Source: Octopus vulgaris (taxonomy: Eukaryota). Taken from it: a stretch of 64,000 nucleotides of DNA. Shown here one piece after another: positions 38,759 to 51,349 of the stretch (the stretch's first letter is position 1; each line of letters opens with the position of its first letter). The stretch lies in the NCBI GenBank assembly GCA_951406725.2, contig OX597815.1, forward strand, positions 248,001 through 312,000, read 5' to 3'. A program made the translations under genes and the position numbers. Under the pieces are notes generated by a model that was given only the letters and a program-made list of their open reading frames with translations, did not search any database and was not told the DNA's origin.

Positions 38759-39578
38759 CAGGGTGTGGTGAATAAATTTTCTAAATTATGCAAAAATGAA
38801 AATAACACTGACAACTCATTTTAACAGATATATCTACCAAAATTACATAAAAATATCTTGAATTACTAAAGAATAAATTTATTCAATAAATTGACTTCAA
38901 CCACAGCTTTCAGATGACTTCAGAATCTTCTACAACTGTCCTGGATGGTCTCCTTGTTTAAGTTGATGAATGCTGCCATAATCCTTGCCTTCAGGTCATC
39001 TTTGGTGTTACCAAGGAGTTTTGTTGGTCTCTCACTCAACTGTACCCCACACATAATAATCAAGGGGATTGCAGTCTGGGAAGTCAGGTGGCCAGATGTT
39101 AGGGGTGGTGTGATCACAGAAATTATCTGACAGCCATGACTGGCTTCTCCTGCTTGTGTGGCACAGTGCATAGTCCTGTTACCAGACATAGGGTCTTCCA
39201 GCAGCTACCCTCTTGACTTAGGGCAGCACTACCTCCTCCAGGCACATGATGTAGGCCTCCGTGTTGAGTTTGAGGTCACATGGGAAGATGAATGGAGGCA
39301 TAACGTTGCCATTACTAATAATCACTCCAAAACACCATGATGTTAACTGGATGTTTGAATTTTATTACTCTCAGTACATGTTTTGGGGACACAGCAAACA
39401 TACAGATCAACACCCAAATATTTTGAAATGTTCGTATTGGAGCTTCCAGCATGAATACCAAGCAGTACAGTATGTTGTTTCCAAATTTCTGGCAGAGTTA
39501 ATTGCATATCAAAAACCTATAATGTGTTTGTGCGAAATTAATAATATAAAATGGTGACAATTTACCCATCGCACCCTG
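38759..39578 (-). mobile_element. Internally deleted Tc1/mariner (maT/DD37D-like) DNA transposon with TA TSD
   Basis: TA|CAGGGTG...CACCCTG|TA. The minus-strand remnant reads WPPNFPDCNPLDYYVWG...NTKDDLKARIMAAF. Confidence 0.85.
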
Positions 39579-40824
39579 TATATGTATGTAGATAAATCCA
39601 TCCATATATATTATCTTGTACTTCCTTCTCTATCTCTCCAAATTATGATGCTGGAGTAGGGAGGGATTGCAACATACATCTTTCACCCTAATGATCACCA
39701 CCACTGTTGCTGCCCCCGTCTCCACCAATGGCCCCTCCTCCTTTCTGTTAGTTCACTCTTCCATTTCTGACATCCTTCAATCCCTCTCCTTCACTTCAAC
39801 TATCCACCAACCACATCACGTCCATCTTTATCTCTCTTACCAAATCCACTTTGAATCCCAATCTTGTGTAGAGCCATGTTTACAATAAACTTGTTCTTGT
39901 CCCTTCTTTCATATTTCAACTCTCAACATCTAACAAATTCATCTCCCTCTCTGTTATAGGCCCACCGAATCAAAGGGATCTTTGTCTTATAAGCCAGGTA
40001 GTGAACTCACTAGTGTGGGTGCCATGGATAAAGCGCCCAGTCCACTCAGTAAAACGTTTGGTGTTAAGAAGAAGGGCATCGAGCAGCAGCAGCTATAGAA
40101 ACTATGCCGAAGCAGACACTGCAGTATGATGTCGTTCTCCAACCTCCAATCAGCATGTCACTATGGAAGACAGGTGTTAAATGATGAGGATGATGATGGT
40201 GACGATACATACACACATATCATTATCATTTAATGTCTGTCCTCCATGTTGGCATGAGTTTGATGGTTACACCAGGCCCCAATTGTCTGTTGTGGCAACA
40301 TTTCAATGGCTGGATGTCCTTCCTAATGCCAACTGCTTTACAGTGTGCTTTTTTTATGAGGCACCAGCATGGATGCCTTTATGTGACTTCAGTTGTCTAT
40401 CAATTCGATGGTGACTTTTTCTTCAATTGTAGATTCTTTGATGACTTTTTCTTACCTGATTCTTCAATGTGTAGCTGATGGGGCACAGGACTGTTTGACT
40501 GAGAAGACTTGTTATTAATCTATATTAATCTTGTATTTCTTGAACTTCCTGCTAAGAGCATTTCTCCTCCACATCTTCAATGCCCCTCTTGCAGTAAGAC
40601 AACTGAAGTGGACTCCAGTTTGTACTATTACAGAGTTGATATTACTTTACTTGAAACTGGTTTTTCAACTGCATACACAGTCCTCCAGCTCATTTCAGAG
40701 AATCCTATAAGAGATACAAGCCAGACATATGCACCACATGGCCAGGGCGCCTCAGATAATGCCTGTATAATGTGGATTCAGTGCTGCTGGTGTTGTTTAG
40801 ATGGACGATCATTATACAGAGTGA

Positions 40825-41080
40825 AGGCAAGTGGCTTAGTGGATAGGATATTCCATTGATGATTGTAAAGTCGTGAGTTCAATCCCTGGTGGTATGTTGT
40901 GTCCCTGAGCAAGACATTTTATTTCATGTTGCGCCAGTCCACTCAGCTGGCAAAAATGAGTTGTTGAGATTACATTTGTCTGTGGAGTGCTCAGCCACGT
41001 ACACATTAACTTCATGAGTTGGTTGTTTTGTTGATCTGATCGCCTGGGACCCCCATTGTCATAACTGACAGAGTGTCAAT
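40825..41080 (+). mobile_element. tRNA-derived CORE-like SINE
   Basis: GTGGCTTAGTGG A-box, GAGTTCAATCCC B-box and a GTGTCCCTGAGCAAGACA core-like segment. Confidence 0.6.
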
Positions 41081-41575
41081 TATTGTACATAATCCTATCT
41101 GGTCAGCAGACTAAAAGAATTCTTTAGAGACACTGCATATTAAAGGACTCCAATAGCTTAATATGGCTCATAATGTCTCACATTTGCATCCATATAGATG
41201 AGTACAAAAAAGTGGCCAGTGGACAAGAACCTTCGTGTGAATCCTAAAAGTCTATATGTGGTGGTTCAGAATCTGCTCATTCAGTGTGTGAAGTTATTGG
41301 GAATGATGTTACCTAATAGGGTGTAATTAGCGAGAAAACGGAGAAGGGGAAATAGAGTGGTGTAGGGGGCCACTGACACATGACCTCAGTTTTCTGGATG
41401 TAAATTGTTAAGGCCTTTTATAAACAGTAATGACTACTGAGATGGTGAAAGCAAGAGAAGAAACCTGGACATTTTAGTCTATGCATTTCGTTAAAGCTGT
41501 TTTGAGCCAGACGAACGCGACTATCATAACTTCATCCTTATACATTTGGCAACAAGGGCTTATAAATATTAGTCG

Positions 41576-41588
41576 GTCGCTTGGCAAC
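41576..41588. promoter_or_regulatory. Second X-box-like site GTCGCTTGGCAAC in CFAP161 intron 1
   Basis: Near-consensus X-box with a perfect GGCAAC half-site. An extra TGGCAAC half-site lies at 41547-41553. Confidence 0.5.
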
Positions 41589-41836
41589 AAACAAGCTTTA
41601 GCTGAGTCGAATCTTGAATATAGTTTCGATTCTCACTTCAGTTACACTGTGTGAAAGTTACGAGCCACAATATTTCATTCTTCTTTATACATAAATCCAA
41701 GATCTTCTGCTCAGTAAAGAAAGAAGCCAATAACATATCTCAGAATCGAATTAATCAGCTTTACATACATTCCCCCATCATAAAAAGAGGAAAGGCAGTA
41801 AAGCTTAAAAAAGAAAGAAAAAATATTTTGACTAAC

Positions 41837-41908
41837 CTCTTCGAGAACAACATCTTCATACCAATTTCCTAATCGAACAGGAGGTGTGTATACGTTTTTG
41901 TGCCACAT
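41837..41908 (-). CDS. CFAP161: CFAP161 (cilia- and flagella-associated protein 161) exon 1; full CDS 72+90+233+82+159+77+475 = 1188 nt
   Basis: ATG...GAG|GTtagt. MWHKNVYTPPVRLGNWYEDVVLEE matches the CFAP161 N-terminus (NVYxPxVRxGNWxEDxxLEE). Confidence 0.92.
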
Positions 41909-42673
41909 TACTCTGAGTATTGTTGATATTGAAAATCAGAGTTTAAGGTCAAAAAAGTTAGTGACGCTGTAGCCATAGTAACAAAGTGCTGAGTATTTAA
42001 ATATACTATCATTAGATTAAATATAATTTTAGAAAATGGAATAAGAAAATAAAATTAAGCATTTAACTAAACAAATGCACATGGTACCGAGGATTTTAAA
42101 AATTGTTAAAACTAAAATAAATGCTTCATTTCATTTTATTGACAAATGGAAAAACGAAAAGAAATTTACTGTCGTTGTCTAAGTGTGCTGCTGCAACCAG
42201 TGATTGAACCGAAACGAAAACATTTCCAGCACCGAAACGAAAATTTCTGTTTTCTATTTTAATAAGAAGTTTATATAAAATCCGGAATTGACACCGTCGC
42301 AATTTCTCTTCCCACCCTTTGGCTCGTAATGGACTGTTGATGTAGGTTTAGCTTGAAATGCTTCTAATGTCAACTATCATGACCTAAAAAAAGCTTAGAT
42401 AATTTTATTTTTTGATGTATAGTTTTACGGGGAATATATTATTGAAAAGAAGTCCATTGAAGGAATCCCTAGAAGTTTATTTGTATTTCTTTGGTCGTTT
42501 TATTATCAATTTAGTGTGGCTGGTGTCCCCCCCCCCACCTACTACGTCACTGGTGGCGGCCATTGTGCTCGAACAAGGCGAACTGGTGAGGAGGAAACAT
42601 CACAATATTACCATTGATTTCGCTGATTACAGACTGCAGGATATAGGTAAATACAAACTTATTCGAGTTTGTG
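41909..42673. promoter_or_regulatory. Divergent (bidirectional) promoter and 5' UTR region shared by CFAP161 and GOLPH3
   Basis: There are 765 bp between the two ATGs, free of recognisable repeats and relatively CpG-rich. It contains an X-box, forkhead-like TAAACAA (42068-42074), CRE-like TACGTCAC (42543-42550) and YY1-like GGCGGCCATTG (42555-42565). Confidence 0.75.
41969..41982. promoter_or_regulatory. RFX X-box GTAGCCATAGTAAC
   Basis: Matches GTNRCC-N0-3-RGYAAC and lies 60 bp upstream of the ATG of a motile-cilia gene. Confidence 0.75.
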
Positions 42674-42862
42674 ATGGCTTCGCGAACCCAGAGAAATGCT
42701 GGCCTGGTTCAACGCAAGAACATCAATTCGTCTGAATTCTGCGATCCGGACGAGCAAAGCGAGAATCGCCAAATCGACGAAGACGAACTCGACCACGACT
42801 CCAAAGAAACCCGATTAACTCTCATGGAAGAGGTCTTATTGCTCGGTTTAAAGGACAGAGAG
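42674..42862 (+). CDS. GOLPH3: GOLPH3 (Golgi phosphoprotein 3 / Vps74 family) coding exon 1; downstream exons not found in the window
   Basis: MASRTQRNAGLVQRK...DSKETRLTLMEEVLLLGLKDRE|GTaaca is the hallmark GOLPH3 N-terminus. 63 codons end at a phase-0 donor. Confidence 0.95.
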
Positions 42863-43457
42863 GTAACAAAGCCACACTTCATCTTTATTAACCTCCTCAT
42901 CTCCTCTTTCACCCATCCTTTACATATTTTTCCTTGCCATTACTCTCAACCAACACATTTCATAAGAATTGTTTCCTAATGTCTTTTCCCCCAACCACGA
43001 TATTTATTTCTATGTCATGGCTTTTATTTACAACATTCCCGTCCATTGCACTATTTTTACTATGATAATAGCAATAATAGCAATCCCTATTATTTGTCCT
43101 CTGTCTATCTGTTGAAACTACAATGTTTTTATTTAGTTTCTCTGAGAAATCCACCCGTTTCTTCTCTCCTTAATTTATTTGCGAAAAATGGACAAATAAA
43201 TGAACAGTAAAATGTGGGTTCCTCCCTTCGTGCTGGCGTTAAGTATTAATAAACAGAAATTATATCAATCAGTGGTTGCTGTCTTCTCTTCAACAGTTTC
43301 TAATTAGTCACGGGAAAGGCATGAACTTCACAACACCACAGCACGGCCTTTTTGTTTTGTTTTTTTTAAAGAATAATATATTATTTTACCTGACATATCA
43401 GTGTTGTAGTGAAAGGCTGTATCGGCATCTATTTATGTTTTGCTACAGTAGTCGATC

Positions 43458-43489
<32 letters not shown>

Positions 43490-44273
43490 TATATATATGA
43501 GAGAGAGAGAGAGAGACAGACGTACATTGTAAATGCTGTGTATTTATTTGATGGCGTATTTGTTGAGGCAATAATAATACTTGTCATTACATTTCCAATA
43601 GGGAAGGCTCCTCCTCGTTATTAACTGAAATATTTGAGTCATCGCCGCAAGCAATACAATATGTTATGTATATTTAGAACCGAATCCGCCCTGGTCAGAT
43701 CTGCTCAAATAAAACGTATATTTCACCTGAGACAATTCTACCAGGACCACCCAACACAACAACATGTTCTTTCCTAAGAGAATAAAGGTGTGATTTGAAA
43801 GAGATTTGGCTGCTATTTTTAACATGTTGTACGACTGCGTAATGGTTCACTCGGCTTTCGTTGCTCTCCTATGTACGTGTACATCTGACTACTGAAAGGC
43901 AATACACCACCACCGATTTTATTATTATACTTAATAACTATGTCAAACGCCTTTCACGCCGTCTTATCGAGACTAGCCTTCATGATTCAAAGGAGTTGAA
44001 TAATGTTTAGCAATTGGGGTCCCTGGCCATGCAACCCCACTTAAGGCAATCAAAGCTTCGCTTCAGCTGACTGAGCTATTAACACTGTTAATACTTATTC
44101 ATTCTTATCTGATCAATCGATCCACATTTGTATGACTGATGTTACTCGGGAGACGACATTTCGTCAGCAAGAAAAACACAGGAATCCAATTGAAATGGCG
44201 ACACCAACAACTTCGCTCTGTGTCATTGCTGAGATACAAAACAAGTATCTTTCCTTTCACCGAGTTAAAAAAA

Positions 44274-44277
<4 letters not shown>

Positions 44278-44336
<59 letters not shown>
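44278..44336. repeat. (TA)n microsatellite; other simple repeats at 19668-19719 (GAT), 23687-23706, 32138-32173, 43457-43517
   Basis: Directly visible. Confidence 0.95.
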
Positions 44337-44338
<2 letters not shown>

Positions 44339-45377
44339 CAAGAAGTCTTATTGGACGCATCGGTTGTGTATAATATTGATTCTACTATTATTGGTATGGT
44401 TGACCCTCGGTAGTTGGAATATATCGTCCAGAGGTGAATTTTGAACTCCGCACAGACTTTCTAACAACGTCTGTACAAACTTATGTTTTCCCCCATCATC
44501 GCCAGTTTCTAATATTTCTTCACGCACACACCGTGATTGTGTGTGTGTGTGTATAAAATGTTTTTTTAAAACTTTCTTTTCAAAAGTAATTTGTTTACAT
44601 AGACTCAAACCCTTCGATAGATAAATTGTGATGATCATAGAAAAAAAAAACAAACCCTGTTCATATTAAAGTTTTCCATGCTGTACAATGGTTCGTGGGT
44701 TTAACTTCGTCTGTCATCATATTGACAACATTTTAGGCATGAGCCAATAACTGGATGTCTGACCAAAAGAAAGGCTGGATGGTCCTGTTTGGAACACTTT
44801 TGATCATAGTTCTCCCCAATCGGAGCTGCCTTGGAACTAAACAACTTACCTTTCTCTTTCACTTGTTTCAGTTATTGAACTGTGGCTACGCCGGAGCACC
44901 ACCTTGAAGGATTTTTAGTCAAACAAATCAACCCCATTATTTATTTATTTTTTTTGCTTTCTAACGGTTTCTATTGCTGAATAGCTAAGTTACGAGGATG
45001 TAAACAAACCAGCACTAGTCAAGCAGTGGTGGTGAGACAAACACAAAGACACACACACATAGATACGATGGGCTTCTATACATTTTCCATTGACCTAGCT
45101 CCCTCACAAAACATTGGTTGGCCTGGAATTATTGTTGAAGACACATGCCCGAGGTGCTGTGCAAAGGGGCTAAATCCAAAACCATATGGTTGAAAAAGCA
45201 AGCTTCTTAAACCATGCAGCTATGCCTGGAATAAACTGAGGGGTCACCATCACAGTATGAATTTTAACATAAATATCTTGGTTGAGATATTGGGTCTAAC
45301 AGACCTGTAGCAACATAGGACATTACTAAACTAACACATATTGAGTCTCACAGGCTTGTGGCAGCATGTGGCATTAC

Positions 45378-45587
45378 GGGCTTTCTCCGTCCGGGTTGCG
45401 GATCCGTGGAATAAGCTGCCGGACGAGATGGTGAAGACGCCAACGACCGCTCGGTTCAAAGTCTCCCTTGACCACAAGTGGCCTGAACTCTTTTCATGAA
45501 CACCACCCTGTACATAACTCCATGTCCCCCTACATGGCCTTGCTTTTTGCTGTTTGAACCAAAAAATTAACTAACTAACTAACTAAA
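45378..45587 (+). mobile_element. Severely 5'-truncated copy of the CR1 family at 1-1082
   Basis: Near-identical to ~883-1082, including the 3' UTR and (AACT)n tail. Confidence 0.92.
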
Positions 45588-46212
45588 CTGACCAACACAT
45601 TCCAACATAGAAAAGCAGATGGTAAATGTAAGAGAGAATGTCTACATACAATTCTGCCAGAAATCATAGCCTCTGCCCTCCTCCAAACTTGAAAGACTTT
45701 GGATAATGTGATCTTAAATACATTATGCTGGTGGTTGGAGTGGTCATTAGGTTTGATGGAGGGTTAAAGAACTATTTCTAATTGTGGAGGGAACCTGTGG
45801 AAGAGGTAGGCTCTGGAAGATGTGAGAAAGGCTCTTCAGATGCTGAACCTCACTGAAGAAATGGCAAGAGACTGGGAGTTGTGGCAATTTGCTGTACTTG
45901 AGAAGGCGCATTGAGCTGATTAAAATTGCAGTTGTCCATAGATACAGGCTTGTCCTTTGCCTTGTGCCACTGCCATGTAAAAAGCATTTGGTACACTCTG
46001 TAAAGTGGTTGGCATTAGAAAGGGCCTCGTCCAGCCATAGAAACCATGGCCACAACGGGCAGCTGGAGTCTGGACAGCTCCTGTCAAACCATCCAACCCA
46101 TGCCATTATGGAAAACATGTTAAACAATGATGATGACAATTAAAAGGAGTGATGTTGTTGTTGTGATAACGGTGTGCTATGTGTGGACTTTGCAATAGAG
46201 ATGCGTTTAAAA

Positions 46213-46439
46213 GAGTGGTTCTCACCTGGGGCTCCTTGGGGGTCCATATAAGATTTTGTTATTAAAGTTTATGCACAATAAATTGGTTACAGTTCGATAA
46301 TATACAAAATATTTTAACAATTATTTATACTATTCCTAATAATACTTAATTATAAAAGTAGAATAGGAATGATTATGAGGGTCCACCCAAGTAAAATAAT
46401 CAAAGGGGTTGATTGGCAAAAAATGGTTGGGAAACATTG
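46213..46439. mobile_element. hAT-type MITE
   Basis: Ends read (C)AGTGGTTCTCA.CC / GGTTGGGAAACATTG, with an 8-bp TSD GTTTAAAA / CTTTAAAA. Confidence 0.7.
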
Positions 46440-47607
46440 CTTTAAAAGCAGATTGTAAGGCATTAATTGAAACAAAATAATCCTGTGTTTGTTGTGTCTA
46501 TTTAGGGACAAGATTGAAATTTAATTGGGAATTGAAACCCGACTGCAGAATTGTTTGAGGCAGGAATTATCATGGCATAAACTCATTTTCTGTGTAGTTG
46601 TGGAAGGGTCTTTGAGTTGTTGAAGAAGAAAAGGATGAAGTTGTGAGGTTTATGGTTTAGTCATTGTCACATGTTTAGAAGAGATGGCAAATGAGATTAT
46701 ATGACATTCATGTCTTTCTCAAGAATGACCACAAAATACTAATTTTAGTAATGATGTAGTTTAAGTCAAAATCTACGCACAAAAATATGTATCTGTGTAT
46801 TCTTAAGCTTACTTCATCAAGTCTACTTGTATAAACTGCTATTAAGTTTCCATGCAGCAGGTGTCCCTTGGTATTCCCTCTCCATTCAATCATTCTTTTA
46901 ATATATCACATCTTGTGTTCATCTATTCAGCTCCAATTAATAGTAAGGCTGCTTCACTGAGGAAGTTTAACAAGACTGAAACATATTTATGACAATATTA
47001 CACAACTACTAAACCTCACACTCACTTGCCACCATATTCTGTGTTAACTGATATCGGATTTTATGGTTGTCTCTCTTGCTTTTTTCCTTTCCTTTTGATC
47101 AGAATCCTTTAATTAATTAATCGTTGTCCTCATGACTAGCAAAGTAATTTCAATTAAAATTTCTTGTCTCATTTCATCATTGATGCTCATACTCACTTTC
47201 CTGTTATTGTGGACATTGTTGATTCTTTTTACTTTTTCATTCTCCTAAGAGTAGAGGTGGTCAGCAGATTGTCAAAATAAGAAAATCCTTCTCGTATTAA
47301 CCCCTGCAACAGCTGTTGGTCAGATAGCAATTTCGGAGTGTTGTTCACTAGTTTTCTACCCCTTTTACCCCAACAATTGCCTTGTGTGTGTGTCATTATT
47401 GTTAATTGTTGTTATTGTTTGGTTCTGATCAACTAGACTGACCAGAAGAATTCAAGCTGTGACCATCCTCTCTTATTTTCATATATAAGCTATCTCTAAG
47501 CACTAAGTATGCTCTGCCTGCATATTCCAATGATTGCTATGACAGACTACTACGGATTAGTCTGTGTTTGTGCGTGTGTGTGTGTATATATATATATATA
47601 TATGCAT

Positions 47608-47945
47608 ACAACTTATAAATAAGGGCAGATGAAAAAATTTCTAATGCTAAATATGCCGAAAATTAGACATATTGTCCATTTACCATATAATTTTTTTCAG
47701 TATGCACGCTACTCGAAAAAAGGTGGACAGAAATCTCTAAAAAATTACATTATTACCATATCGAACCGATTTCAGGGTTAGTTCAAAAAGAACCCTCCCT
47801 TCATCAGTGATACATGTGGCAAAGAAGTAATTTTTCGAGTAGCATGCGTACTGGGAAAAAAATTATATGGTAAATGGACAATATGTCCAATTTTCGGCAT
47901 ATTTGGCATTAGAAATTTTTTCGTCTGCCCTTATTTATAAGTTGT
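47608..47945. mobile_element. 338-bp palindromic element (~113-bp inverted arms) enclosing a hammerhead ribozyme; Penelope-like or retrozyme-type candidate
   Basis: 47608-47720 is the near-perfect reverse complement of 47831-47945. The element abuts a (TA)n tract. Confidence 0.85.
47754..47812 (-). ncRNA. Type I hammerhead ribozyme (predicted cleavage after AUA, between 47759 and 47758)
   Basis: The minus strand reads UAUCA-CUGAUGA-AGGG ag GGUUC uuuuu GAACU aa CCCU-GAAA-UCG guu CGA-UA-UGGUA. The catalytic core is complete and stems I, II and III all pair. Confidence 0.8.
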
Positions 47946-50900
47946 TTATAATTTAACCTTTAAAGGTATTTTTTAATATGCTGGCCATTGATAAAAAATT
48001 TTTTTTTCGAAAAAATTTTATCCTACATTAGATATGTATATATATGTATATACACATACATGTGTGTTTGTTTGCATGTATGTGTCTGTATACATGTTTG
48101 TTTGCTCTTTAATGTTTACTATTCGATTCTCACTCTTGTCCTCTCTGCAATCCTCTCTAGAAAACTCTGGTTTCCACCGTTCTCCCTGCCCATGTTATTG
48201 TTGATTAGCCTCACTTCAGCCCTTATCATGTAGACCTAATGAGCTTTGACCATACCGTTTTTCTTGTGGGCTTTGCACATCTAGAACCACATTATCTAAT
48301 GTGTTTCTCTTTTTTCAAGAGATTTCACAGCTACATATACTAGGTTAGAGAGGTTCCTTGATTTTCTCTCTCTCTCCCCTCATGGCCATATTTTCTCTGA
48401 ATGAAATCCGATAGTGTTTACCTTGTTACATTCACTTAATTCTTTAAAAACTCCCCAAACTCAACCCATTAATTTCACTTTTGAAAATGCACAGTCACAT
48501 CTTATTCAACTGTGTTCAGTTAAGATCTCTCAGCTCGTGGCAACAAAACCAGATATTGCTTCATTCTTAATAATCTATTCTATTCATAAATGTTAATATC
48601 ATGGTATTCAACACTCCTTCATATGGAAGTAAATATGTTGGCAGAATATGTGTTTATGTTGTTAACAAGCTAGCCTTACTATCAAATGCATTATATATGA
48701 TGTACAACAGAAGAGTCTTTGGACTTTACTATGTAGAGAGATATGAACTCTCCCCATTCATACATATAGGGGTTGGATAAAATAATGCAAATGTCTTGTT
48801 AAAAATAGAAGTTTTATCATTTAAAATAGAGTTGGTCCTCCTTTTGGCATCAATCACAAGGAATTGACTCATTACTGGTTCTGAACAGTTGTTTGAAGAA
48901 TTTTGAGCCATTCTCACTGCAACAATGGCAGAGAGAAGCAGCTACTCACTTGCTGCTCCAAAGCACACTATAAATCATCATCATCGTTTAACGTCCGCTT
49001 TCCATGCTTGCATGAGTTGGAAGGTTTGACCAGGGTCTGGGAAGTCAGGAGGCTGCACCAGGCCCAGTCTGATCTGGCAGTGTTTCTACAACTGGATGCC
49101 CTTCCTAACGCCAACCACTCCATGAGTGTAGTGGGTGGTTTTTACGTGCCACCGGCACAGAGGCCAGTCAGGGCACGCCGGCAATGGTCATGTTCAGATG
49201 GTTCTTTTATGTGCCACTGGCACTGGTATCACAACTACAATTTCCATTGATTTTTGATCGATTTCGATTTCACTTGCCTCAACAGGTCTTCGCAAGGAGA
49301 GTTTTGTGTTCCAAGAAGGAAAGGTATGCATAAGTGGGCTGGCTACATCCCATGTAGAGGCCACGGGTTATGGTCTCACTTGTCCTGCCGGGTCTTCTCA
49401 TGCACAGCATACTTCCAAAGGTCTCGGTCACTAGTCAATGCCTCGGTGAGACCCAATGTTTGAAGGTTGTGCTTCACCACCTCGTCCTAGGTTTTCCTGG
49501 GTCTACCTCTTCTTGATTATATTGAGATCCAGTGATTGTGTAGGCCAATCCAAGTAGTCTGAGTGGACTGTTTACTGCATTTCTTATTATTATGTGTGTC
49601 TACATCTGTGATAGTTTGTATGAAAGTGCAGTGGTCAATGATGTTTCTTTTATCAACAGTAGATCCAAGATTTTGTGCATTTGAAGCTGTGTGGTGTTAG
49701 TGATCCCTTACCTGATAAACAGGTGAAGGTTAGCACCAGGAAGGACATCAAGCTGTAAAACAACACCTCAAATAACATTTATCTAACTCATTGCCAGTAC
49801 CGCCTGACGGGCCCCTGTGCCGTGGCACATAAAAGGGCACCATTTGAGCATGATCGTTACCAACGTTGCCTTACTGGCACCTGTGCCAGTGGCATGTGTA
49901 AAAAGATTCGAGTGAGGTCATTGGCAGTACTGCCTGACTGGCCCCCGTGCCGGTGGCACATAAAAAGCACCCACTACACTCTCAGAGTGGTTGGCGTTAG
50001 GAAGGGCATCCAGCTGTAGAAACTTTGACAGATCAAGATTGGAGCCTGGTGCAGCCATCTGGTTCGCCAGCCCTCAGTCAAAATCATCCAACCCATGCTA
50101 GCATGGAAAGCGGATGTTAAATGATGATGATGATGATGTGCAAACATGGAAAAATGGAGCAGGATGATTGGAAATATTCAGTACTTGAAAAGACTTGCCC
50201 GTCTAAACTAAGATTCTGGAAGCACAATGTGTATATATTCACAGTTGGGCCCCTTGCTCATTTTTCTTCCCAAGCCATTCCCTCTGCTCATCATCACTCT
50301 AGTATTCTGCTGCTATAAAAATACGAGAAGTCTTGCATCAATTTTTCCCTGATACTATTTATCTTTCTCACTACCCTTCTTCTTTGATATTGATCCTTCA
50401 TACTTAATATTACCTTTTCTACCCACCACATTGCTCATCCATCACCCTCCTCCTCATCCATCAAATTATCTCTCCCTCACCACCACTAGTCATCTTTACT
50501 TTCACTATGTCCACCCCACCCCTTGCAACCTACCCATCCATGCATCATTGCTCTCTGTCTCTTATCCTTAAGCCTTCCCCACCACCCATCATATCTCTAT
50601 CTCTGACCCCCCGCCTCCATCCATCACCTACCTAAATATGCTTTCTCACTGTATTTACAACTTGTCCACCTTTGTTTCCCTGCCGATGCTACCTTTACTG
50701 TTGATTTCTGGTATTTTGTTGCATGAAATAAAACTCAGCCTCGCCACCACTCAGAAGCATTTCGGTTCTGTTCATCTACGAACTATGACTATAACAGCCA
50801 TCGATTCTATATATTCCCATGAAGACATTCCAAAAACGGAGGAGGAGGAGGCTTACTTGCAATTGAGTCTGAGAAAACAGGAATAGAAACTAATAATTAT

Positions 50901-51349
50901 TATAATTACAATACCAATATTTCTATTGTTTGACAGTGAGTGGGGTGGGTCTTTGTTGTCTTCTACAACACATCAAATAGTTTCGTTATTGCATGGATAA
51001 TCCTTGGATTACTGCTGGCAGGAGAAGCTTTATCAAGTAACATTGCTTCTTGTGTGTGTGTGTTGTGCCTGTACTTGTAGTTTCTATACTTTTTTGTTCT
51101 TTTATTGTATGTATATCTGTCTCTCTACTCAGAATTACAATAATAATAATTCTTTTCACTATAGACACAAAGAGAGCAGTTTTGAGTGGGAATTGGTAAA
51201 TAAAATTGCATTGATCCCAGTACTCAACTGGTTCTTATTTTACCGACCCCAAAAGTATGAAAGCAAATTTACCCTCAGCAGAATCTGAACTCAATACATA
51301 AAGCTGTGAGAAATGTCATTCAGCATTTTCTTTGGTGGGCTAATAATTG

